Notes under the pieces: model-generated | Database searches by the model: none | What the model saw: the letters and a program-made list of their open reading frames with translations, nothing else | Told to the model about the DNA's origin: nothing | Translations under genes and position numbers: made by a program | Shown: positions 25,167-32,000 of the stretch, piece by piece | Layout of the letters: every line of letters begins with the position of its first letter | How positions within the stretch are numbered: the first letter of the stretch is position 1 | NCBI RefSeq assembly: GCF_000155895.1 | Contig: NZ_DS995298.1 | Span: 720,001 to 752,000 of the forward strand | Reading direction: 5' to 3' | DNA from: Candidatus Pelagibacter sp. HTCC7211 | GTDB taxonomy: Bacteria > Pseudomonadota > Alphaproteobacteria > Pelagibacterales > Pelagibacteraceae | DNA length: 32,000 nucleotides

Positions 25167-27292
25167 ACTTGTTTTTTTTCTAAACCTAAAGCTATTCTTT
25201 GTTTTTTTGTCCAAGCAAGACTTATTCTATCAATAATAATAGCCATCAGAACAATCCCAATTCCTGCAGCCAATCCTCTTCCGGTATCAGATCTTGCTAA
25301 TCCGTTAAACACTTCAAGACCTAAACCTTTACCCCCAATTAAAGGTGTAACAATTTGCATTGCAAACGCCATAATTACAGTTTGATTGAAACCAATTACT
25401 AGACTTGGAACAGCCAATGGAAATTTAACTTTGTTTAATGTTTGAATTAAAGTTCCTCCAAATGATCTTGATACTTCAGAAAAACTTCCAGACACTTGAG
25501 TAAGACCCAAAGATGTTAATCTAATAATTGGAGGTATCGCATAAATTACAGTTGCTAATACAGCAGAAACAATACCGCCCCCAAAAAACATCAAAACAGG
25601 AATTAAATAACAAAAATACGGAAGTGTTTGCATCGCATCTAATATTACATTTTGGATATCTCTAAATCTTTTATTATATGATGCTATTATTCCTAATGGT
25701 ACACCAAGTGCAAAACATAAAGCTACTGATACTAAAACAGATGATAAAGTAACCATTGATTGTGTCCAAATTCCACAAGCAGCAATAAAAAATAACAACA
25801 ACACTGTAATGATTGCAAATCTAAATCCTACAGTAAAGTATCCAATTGCTGCGAATATACTCATAGTGTACCACCAAGGTATATGAGTTAAAAATGTATC
25901 GAGAGGATTTAAAAGGTTCAGATAAACAAATGCTCTCAAACCTTTTGTAAACCCTATAAATGAAGGATTAACTGTAAGAGACTTAACAGTTTCTGCTATT
26001 GGTTGTCTTATAGAAAGTTTCCATTCTGATGGAAATGATCCAATGTTTACAACAAAAGCGTCAATTAAAACGATAATAAAAAAAACTATAAATGATGGAA
26101 TTAAATAATATCTTTTACTTATTAACTCTCCTATTTCATTACCCAAGTCTTTGTTAAAAACAGAAATTAAATATTTAAATAAGTCACCTATTAAAGTGGT
26201 TACTTTTTCACAAATAAATTTAATTATTAAATGAATTAAAGTTAAAGGTCTTTCTAGGATTCTAGCTATTTGATATTTTTCCCAAGTTTGAGGTAGTAAA
26301 TAAAATTTTTGAACATCTGATGGAAGAGTTTCTTCTTGTTTGCTAAACGACATACTAAACCTATCAAATAGAATAGCCATAAAAAGAATACACAATCCAC
26401 CTTCCATTGCCCAACCTACATCAAGATTTCGAATTGCTAACCATACCTGGCCACCTATACCTTCCGCACCAATAAAACACGCTAATACTACTAGTGCCAA
26501 AGCCATCATAATTACCTGGTTAATACCCATCATGATGCTTGGTAATGAAAGTGGAATTTTAATTTTGTAAAGAAGCTGAAGTTTGCTTGAACCAAATGAA
26601 GTAGCAGACTCAATTGTTTCTTTGGAAACTTGTCTTATTCCAGAATTAGTTAACCTTATTACAGGAGGCATTGCATAAATCATTGTTGCCAATATCGCAG
26701 GTGCTCCTCCAATTCCAAAAAAGAATAAAGCTGGAAAAAGATAAACAAATGCTGGCATGACTTGCATTGTATCCAAAACTGGTTTCATGAAATTATCAAA
26801 CCGATTACTTTGAGAACATAAAATTCCGAGAATAACTCCAAAAAACACACATAAGAAAACTGATAATCCCATTAATGCCAAGGTTTGCATTGACTCATCC
26901 CACATTCCTACTGCACCCCAAAAATAAACCACAAATATAGAATACAAGCCTAATTTTAAACCTCCTGCAATTAAGCAAGGCAAAAAGAGAATTGCAGCAA
27001 TCAACAACCATGGAGAGTCTATAAGAAAATCCTCTAAGACATAATATCCTTCTTTAATATAGCTAGCGATTATTTTTGTTATCCATCTATAATTTTTTTT
27101 TAAGTAATCCTCGCCATCATTAACCCATGCAGTAAAAGTAAATTCATCTGTTATTTGCTTTGGAAATTTTGAAGGACCGTCGTTTTGGAAGGAAAGCCAT
27201 AAGGCACCCAGAAACACAGCTAACACAAGAATATATTTAACTAAACTCTTTGACGAGTCTGATTTTTCTAAAACATGACCTTCAGCAGACAT
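25163..27292 (-). CDS. tandem-fused double ProW/OpuAB-type ABC permease
   Basis: 709 aa. It has two homologous transmembrane modules, each with its own EAA loop: SFGSSKLQLLYKIKIPLSLPSIMMGINQ and SFGGTLIQTLNKVKFPLAVPSLVIGFNQ. Both also carry MPPVIRLT / IPPIIRLT motifs. The modules are joined by a linker of about 100 aa. Confidence 0.88.
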   Translation of the reverse strand: MSAEGHVLEKSDSSKSLVKYILVLAVFLGALWLSFQNDGPSKFPKQITDEFTFTAWVNDGEDYLKKNYRWITKIIASYIKEGYYVLEDFLIDSPWLLIAAILFLPCLIAGGLKLGLYSIFVVYFWGAVGMWDESMQTLALMGLSVFLCVFFGVILGILCSQSNRFDNFMKPVLDTMQVMPAFVYLFPALFFFGIGGAPAILATMIYAMPPVIRLTNSGIRQVSKETIESATSFGSSKLQLLYKIKIPLSLPSIMMGINQVIMMALALVVLACFIGAEGIGGQVWLAIRNLDVGWAMEGGLCILFMAILFDRFSMSFSKQEETLPSDVQKFYLLPQTWEKYQIARILERPLTLIHLIIKFICEKVTTLIGDLFKYLISVFNKDLGNEIGELISKRYYLIPSFIVFFIIVLIDAFVVNIGSFPSEWKLSIRQPIAETVKSLTVNPSFIGFTKGLRAFVYLNLLNPLDTFLTHIPWWYTMSIFAAIGYFTVGFRFAIITVLLLFFIAACGIWTQSMVTLSSVLVSVALCFALGVPLGIIASYNKRFRDIQNVILDAMQTLPYFCYLIPVLMFFGGGIVSAVLATVIYAIPPIIRLTSLGLTQVSGSFSEVSRSFGGTLIQTLNKVKFPLAVPSLVIGFNQTVIMAFAMQIVTPLIGGKGLGLEVFNGLARSDTGRGLAAGIGIVLMAIIIDRISLAWTKKQRIALGLEKKQV

Positions 27293-27314
27293 AAATATAG
27301 TAATTTAAATAAAC

Positions 27315-27337
27315 TATTTTACTTTTAAAGTAAAATA
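27315..27337. promoter_or_regulatory. 23-bp perfect palindrome in the divergent promoter region (candidate operator)
   Basis: TATTTTACTTT-T-AAAGTAAAATA has 11-bp arms. It is centred 34 nt from the permease ATG and 45 nt from the ATPase ATG, within the 78-bp divergent spacer. Confidence 0.4.
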
Positions 27338-27370
27338 TTGTCTTATCTCGCTTAAAGTTTTTGAATTATT

Positions 27371-28417
27371 ATGGCTGATAATAATAAAATAGTTTGCACA
27401 AATATCTGGAAATTGTTTGGACCAGATGAAAAAAGAATAAAAGAAAATTTAGATCCAAATCTCTCAATTAAAGAAGTTCAAGAAAAAACTGGGCATGTTG
27501 TGGCTGTTAAAAATGTTAGTTTTTCAATACAAAAAGGTGAAACTTTTGTTGTGATGGGCTTATCAGGAAGTGGAAAATCAACATTAGTAAGATGTATATC
27601 TAGATTAATTGAACCAACCTCAGGTACAGTTAAAATGGACGATATTGATGTAACTAAAATGAGTGGTGGAGAATTATTAGATTTAAGAAGAAACAAAATG
27701 AGTATGGTCTTCCAGCACTTTGGATTATTTCCTCATAGAACAGTTGTTGAAAATATTGCATACGGACTAGAAATTAGAGGCAATAAAAAACAAGAACGAA
27801 CAGACAAAGCTATGGAAGTTTTAAAAATGGTTGGTCTTGATGGTTGGCAAAATAACTACCCAAGAGAATTGTCGGGGGGCATGCAACAAAGAGTAGGACT
27901 TGCAAGAGCATTAGCTGTAGATCCAGAAATTTTAATTTTTGATGAACCATTTTCAGCTCTAGACCCTTTGATAAGACGAGAGATGCAAGATGAATTATTA
28001 AAACTTCAAGAGAAGCTTCAAAAGACAATGGTCTTTATTACTCACGATTTTTTAGAAGCAATTAAAATGGGAGACCATATTGCAATTATGAAAGATGGCG
28101 AAGTTTCTCAAGTTGGGACACCTGAAGAAATAGTCGCAAATCCAAAAGACCAGTATGTAAAAGATTTCTGTGAAGATGTTCCAAAATATAAAGTTCTTAG
28201 TGCAGGAAAAGTCATGAGAAAAGAATGTTGTGATGATACTAAAAAGTTATATGGAGATAAATCACATTGTATACTTGATAATTCTAAAATTGAGACACTT
28301 ATAGATAAGTTAGTCGACTCCGATAAATCGTTTCCGGTAGTGTGTAGCGATACAGGAGATTTGTTAGGCGAAATAGATCGAGCGATAGTAATGAAATCAA
28401 TGAAATCAGCTAGTTAA
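27371..28417 (+). CDS. ProV/OpuAA-type ABC transporter ATP-binding protein with a short CBS-like C-terminal domain
   Basis: 348 aa. Motifs: Walker A GLSGSGKST, Q-loop, signature LSGGMQQRV, Walker B ILIFDEPFSALD, H-loop THD. The C-terminal region of about 90 aa resembles a regulatory CBS module and is shorter than the tandem CBS of classical OpuAA. Confidence 0.92.
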   Translation: MADNNKIVCTNIWKLFGPDEKRIKENLDPNLSIKEVQEKTGHVVAVKNVSFSIQKGETFVVMGLSGSGKSTLVRCISRLIEPTSGTVKMDDIDVTKMSGGELLDLRRNKMSMVFQHFGLFPHRTVVENIAYGLEIRGNKKQERTDKAMEVLKMVGLDGWQNNYPRELSGGMQQRVGLARALAVDPEILIFDEPFSALDPLIRREMQDELLKLQEKLQKTMVFITHDFLEAIKMGDHIAIMKDGEVSQVGTPEEIVANPKDQYVKDFCEDVPKYKVLSAGKVMRKECCDDTKKLYGDKSHCILDNSKIETLIDKLVDSDKSFPVVCSDTGDLLGEIDRAIVMKSMKSAS

Positions 28418-29342
28418 ACTGATTATTTCCTTTAATACTTTTTTGTTTAACTTTATCTCTCCAAATAATTATCATACCAGCTAAAACAATTGCTATCACA
28501 CCTGGAAAAAGTTGTTCCCAAGGTGCTTCTTTAAAAAAAATCCATCCAAGAACAAAAGAGGAGGGTATACCCAAATATTCAAATGAAGCCATTTTACTTG
28601 CTGAGATTAATCTATAGGAATAGATAAATAAAATTGCAGCAGTTCCACCCAATATACCTGTTAAAGTCATCAAAAAGAAATCTTCAATACTTTTTATTTC
28701 AACATGGCCAGTTGTAATAAAATATAAAATTACACCACCTATAACATTAAACATAAGAGTGAATAGTTGTATCTTTGCAGTTGAGTGACCCTCAGGAATA
28801 AATTTAAGTATTATAACTGTTATAGCCCAAGCGATAGCAGTTAAAATAGGGAAGATAGAATAGAAATTGAATATCTCGCTGGTGGGTTTCATAATTAAAA
28901 CAACACCTAAAAAACCTATAAAAATTGCTGACCATCTATAAATACCAATCATGTCTTTTAAAAAAAATATTGAAAATATAACTATAAAAAAAGGGGATGA
29001 AAAAGTAAGAGTCATTGCAGTTGCAAATTCAAGATTTATTACAGAAATAAATATAAAAATATTCATTGCTAAAAATCCCAAACCTCTAAAAAAACTGAGT
29101 GTAATGAATGTCTTATTAAGATTTTTAAATATCGTAAAATGCTCTTTTGTAAATAAAATCAGCAAAATTAGAGGTATAATACCTGCAATATTTCTAAACA
29201 CTGCAAGTTGAATGACAGAATATTCATCTCCTAAAAATTTAATTACTACCATATATAAATCAACACATAGAATTGCCATTAGCATAGTAGTCACTGCAAG
29301 ATAAGTTTTTTTAATATCAATCTTTTCTGAGGAAATTTTCAT
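28410..29342 (-). CDS. DMT superfamily (EamA-like) transporter
   Basis: 310 aa with 10 predicted transmembrane segments. Its 3' end overlaps the ATPase gene by 8 bp (convergent). Confidence 0.8.
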   Translation of the reverse strand: MKISSEKIDIKKTYLAVTTMLMAILCVDLYMVVIKFLGDEYSVIQLAVFRNIAGIIPLILLILFTKEHFTIFKNLNKTFITLSFFRGLGFLAMNIFIFISVINLEFATAMTLTFSSPFFIVIFSIFFLKDMIGIYRWSAIFIGFLGVVLIMKPTSEIFNFYSIFPILTAIAWAITVIILKFIPEGHSTAKIQLFTLMFNVIGGVILYFITTGHVEIKSIEDFFLMTLTGILGGTAAILFIYSYRLISASKMASFEYLGIPSSFVLGWIFFKEAPWEQLFPGVIAIVLAGMIIIWRDKVKQKSIKGNNQFN

Positions 29343-29382
29343 GTATAATTTTTTTTAAAATTGTATAAACCTTACAAATAAA

Positions 29383-30573
29383 ATGAGTAATTTTAAACTA
29401 AATGAATCTGATATCTTGTCTAATCAAGATTGGACATTCCCAACTAACATTGCATATGGTCCTGGTCGTTTAAAAGAAATAGGCACAATGTGTAATAATT
29501 TAGATATCAAGAATCCACTAATAGTAACAGATAAAGGTAGCCCAAAATTACCATTTGTAACAAATTTACAAAGATATTTAGATAACTCAAATGTAAAGTC
29601 AGATATATTTTTTGATATATCGCCTAATCCTCGAGAGGATGAAATATCAGTGGGTTGTAAAAAATATAACGATGGAAAACATGATTCAATAATTGCTATC
29701 GGTGGTGGAAGTGCCATGGATGGAGGTAAATTAATATGCCTCACAGCAAATAATGATGTGCCACTAAGAGATTTTGAATTTGAACTTACACCTCCAATAA
29801 TTAGTAAAGATAACCCTTTTCCAAAAATTATAACTATTCCTACAACAGCAGGCACAGGAGCTGAAACAGAGATAACAGCAATGGTTACCTACTTAAAAGA
29901 AGGTATGAAATTTTGTATGTGGCATCCAGATGTTAGACCGTCTTTAGCATTAATTGACCCCGAGTTAACAATAGGATTACCATCTAATTTAACAGCATGG
30001 ACAGGAGCTGATGCTTTAATACATGCTATAGAGGGATATTGTGTGCCTGGATTTAATCCAATGTGTGATGGGGCAGCACTGGAAGGACTTTCTTTAATTT
30101 CAAAATCATTAATTAAAGCAGTTGAAGAGCCTGAGAATATATTAGCAAGAGGTGGTATGCATGTTGGATCTTGTTTAGCAGGAATATCATTTTTGAAAGG
30201 TTTAGGAAATGTTCATTCTATTTCCCATATGGTAGGAGCAGAATATAATACCCATCATGGACTAACTAACGCAATAGTTTTACCAGTTGTCATGAAATAT
30301 AATTTGCCAGGAATGGAAGAAAAAGTTCAAAGAATGTCAGAAGCAATGCAATACAAAGATCATTCTGTAAACGCATTTATAAAAAATTTAGAGAACCTTT
30401 TAGATAGAATTAAAATTCCAAATAGTTTGAGTGAAATTAATGTTCCAGAGGATTGTGCTGAAAGAATTGCTGAAAAAGCAATGAAAGATCAAGCGTATGC
30501 AACCAATCCTAAAGTAGCTTCATTAGCTGAAATGAAAGAAATGGTTTTGCAAAGTATTAAAAAAGCTCGATAA
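29383..30573 (+). CDS. iron-containing (group III) alcohol dehydrogenase family protein
   Basis: 396 aa. It has the GGGSAMDGGK nucleotide-binding motif, PTTAGTGAE, and the metal-binding His cluster HSISHMVGAEYNTHHG. Confidence 0.88.
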   Translation: MSNFKLNESDILSNQDWTFPTNIAYGPGRLKEIGTMCNNLDIKNPLIVTDKGSPKLPFVTNLQRYLDNSNVKSDIFFDISPNPREDEISVGCKKYNDGKHDSIIAIGGGSAMDGGKLICLTANNDVPLRDFEFELTPPIISKDNPFPKIITIPTTAGTGAETEITAMVTYLKEGMKFCMWHPDVRPSLALIDPELTIGLPSNLTAWTGADALIHAIEGYCVPGFNPMCDGAALEGLSLISKSLIKAVEEPENILARGGMHVGSCLAGISFLKGLGNVHSISHMVGAEYNTHHGLTNAIVLPVVMKYNLPGMEEKVQRMSEAMQYKDHSVNAFIKNLENLLDRIKIPNSLSEINVPEDCAERIAEKAMKDQAYATNPKVASLAEMKEMVLQSIKKAR

Positions 30574-30579
30574 GCTTTT

Positions 30580-32000
30580 ATGCTTGAAAATCAATCAGTT
30601 AAAGAAATACAAAACAATATAAAAAGTCGACAAATCTCAATTAAAGAGGTTGTTGAGTATTATTTAGACAGAATTGAAAAATTTAATCCGGATTTAAACG
30701 CTATTGTTCTTCAAAAAGATCGTGAATTAATCATAAAAGAGGCAATTGAAAAGGATAATATCAAGGAAATTGACAAACCTTTAAATGGATTGCCAATAGC
30801 AATTAAAGATCTGACAGATGTCGTGGGTTTTAAAACTACATACGGATTTCCAGGATCAAAAAATAACCAACCAAAAAAAAACTCATTATTTGTTAATCGA
30901 TTAATTGATAAAGGAACAATTGTTATTGGTAAAACAAACACAGCAGAACTTGGTGTAGGTGGACATACAATTAATAGGCTTTTCGGACCAACATCAAACA
31001 TTTATGATTTATCAAAATCAGCAGCAGGATCAAGTGGAGGTGCAAGTTCAGCTGTTGCTGCTGGATTATTGCCATTTGCTGATGGTACAGATCAAATGGG
31101 ATCATGTCGTGGACCTGCAGCATATGCAAATATTTATGGTTTTAGACCCACACCAGGTCTAATCCCTTCAGATCGCTCAGGACAAAATTTAAATTATCCA
31201 ATACTTACGACGCCAGGATGTTTTGCGAGAAATCCAAGAGATATGTCGATTTTATTAGATGAAATTGTAGGAAGTGACTCAGTTGACAAATTTTCATTTG
31301 ATTTAGATGGCTATTTTAAAAATCAAAATATAAGTGAAAAAGAATTTTCATCTTTTAAAATTGGATGGCTTTCTAATATGAATGGGAATTATATTATAGA
31401 AAAAGATATATTGGAAATTTGTGAGACTAAATTAAAAGATTTAGAAAAAATAAATCTTAGAGTAGAAAATCTTAAACCAAAAATAAATACTGATATTTTG
31501 TGGAAGAGTTGGACAACTTTAAGAGCCAAAAGTATTTATGAAGATACTTTAGCTATGAATATTATAGATATTAGTTCAATGACATATCAAGCAATTTGGG
31601 AATATAACAAAGGCAAAGAAATTAAAGCCGAAGATCTAAAAATAGCCTTAAATCAAAAACAAGAATGTTTAAATCAAATAAATTTAATGTTTGAGAATTT
31701 TGATTTTTTAGTATTACCATCAGCTCAAATTTTTCCCTTTGATAAAAAATTACAATTTCCAAAAAATATTAATGATAAAGAATTAGATACTTATCATCGT
31801 TGGTTAGAAGTTTTTATATTATCCAGCCTTTTAGAACTACCTACAGTTACAATTCCAGCAGGTTTTAACAAAGATGGCATGCCTATGGGTATGCAAATTA
31901 TTGGGAAAAATAAAGATGATTTGAAATTATATTCTTTTGCAAGTAAATATGAAGATATTTTCAATTTTAGTAAAATTAAACCTAAATTAGATAAGTTAAG
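30580..32000 (+). CDS. amidase-signature family amidase (partial; the 3' end runs off the window)
   Basis: My own translation from the ATG at 30580 stays open to position 32000 (473 codons). It shows GLPIAIKD (catalytic Lys), AAGSSGGASSAVAAG (cis-Ser) and GTDQMGSCRGPA (nucleophile Ser). It is missing from the track because it is open-ended. It starts 6 bp after the ADH stop. Confidence 0.85.
   Translation, partial: MLENQSVKEIQNNIKSRQISIKEVVEYYLDRIEKFNPDLNAIVLQKDRELIIKEAIEKDNIKEIDKPLNGLPIAIKDLTDVVGFKTTYGFPGSKNNQPKKNSLFVNRLIDKGTIVIGKTNTAELGVGGHTINRLFGPTSNIYDLSKSAAGSSGGASSAVAAGLLPFADGTDQMGSCRGPAAYANIYGFRPTPGLIPSDRSGQNLNYPILTTPGCFARNPRDMSILLDEIVGSDSVDKFSFDLDGYFKNQNISEKEFSSFKIGWLSNMNGNYIIEKDILEICETKLKDLEKINLRVENLKPKINTDILWKSWTTLRAKSIYEDTLAMNIIDISSMTYQAIWEYNKGKEIKAEDLKIALNQKQECLNQINLMFENFDFLVLPSAQIFPFDKKLQFPKNINDKELDTYHRWLEVFILSSLLELPTVTIPAGFNKDGMPMGMQIIGKNKDDLKLYSFASKYEDIFNFSKIKPKLDKL

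Noticed and set aside
25167-25214. The N-terminal extension MDKKTKNSFRFRKKTS of the molybdoenzyme as a possible twin-arginine export signal
   Set aside because: It has no S/T-R-R-x-F-L-K consensus and no hydrophobic h-region or signal peptidase site. The extension lies entirely within the 3' end of the permease gene. The ATGA-coupled internal start aligns with the N-terminus of cytoplasmic BisC.
3514-29211. The remaining 60-91 aa track ORFs: 3514, 5717, 8358, 12752, 13132, 13211, 14752, 17878, 19657, 20594, 21939, 23056, 24016, 26340, 27478, 27810 and 28951
   Set aside because: Each is nested inside, or antisense to, a longer gene with clear family signatures. None has its own ribosome-binding site or intergenic context. 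AT-rich stop codons are depleted on the antisense strand of real genes, which generates such shadow ORFs.
29424-29855. 143-aa minus-strand ORF, the longest unassigned ORF in the track
   Set aside because: It lies wholly inside the iron-ADH gene, which has unambiguous GGGS..D..K and His-cluster motifs. The antisense product is low-complexity and has no start context.
30711-31162. Two track ORFs (96 aa on the minus strand, 67 aa on the plus strand) in the region after the ADH gene
   Set aside because: Both are alternative-frame or antisense ORFs inside the amidase gene. The amidase frame (from 30580) stays open to the window end and carries the amidase-signature motifs. It is missing from the track only because it is open-ended.
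1-32000. CRISPR arrays, IS elements, prophage genes, toxin-antitoxin pairs or defence systems
   Set aside because: I saw no repeat-spacer periodicity, transposase or integrase motifs, terminal inverted repeats, or small adjacent gene pairs of the toxin-antitoxin type. Every ORF over 95 aa is accounted for by metabolic, transport or envelope functions.

Overview
The window is very AT-rich (roughly 70% A+T by eye, not computed) and extremely compact. It holds 31 protein-coding genes and one tRNA, with almost no non-coding DNA. Many neighbouring genes overlap by 1-11 bp, and some divergent start codons lie only 14-41 bp apart. That architecture, together with a gene content dominated by binding-protein-dependent importers, fits a streamlined marine alphaproteobacterium of the SAR11/Pelagibacterales type. 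This is an inference, not a database result. I found no mobile elements, CRISPR arrays, phage genes or rRNA.

Gene order:
- A partial SAM-dependent methyltransferase, tRNA-Met(CAT) and apt.
- An mtnP-mtnA-aldolase operon followed directly by a fused SAM decarboxylase/aminopropyltransferase.
- A polar amino acid or opine type ABC system (binding protein plus two permeases, no ATPase) ending in a PhyH-family dioxygenase.
- A family 9 glycosyltransferase (GT9) gene and a small coiled-coil gene.
- An AbrB-family membrane protein.
- A tripartite tricarboxylate transporter, tctCBA.
- A DMT transporter and a GT4 glycosyltransferase.
- A thioredoxin-fold protein, a gamma-carbonic-anhydrase-like protein, a DUF1330 protein, a PNPOx-like protein, a 3-hydroxyisobutyrate-dehydrogenase-family reductase and an MFS transporter.
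- rpoZ with a long acidic tail.
- A ProU/OpuA-type betaine ABC importer, whose genes surround a cytoplasmic BisC/TorZ-type molybdoenzyme and a GcvT/DmdA-family aminomethyltransferase.
- A second DMT transporter, an iron-dependent alcohol dehydrogenase and a partial amidase.

Two loci deserve the closest look. The first is the onium-compound importer with its Mo oxide reductase and THF-type demethylase (20486-28417). The second is the methylthioadenosine (MTA) module (852-5034), whose third gene looks like a FucA-type aldolase (DHAP-shunt logic) rather than the MtnB dehydratase, and which is fused in an operon to a SpeH::SpeE fusion protein.
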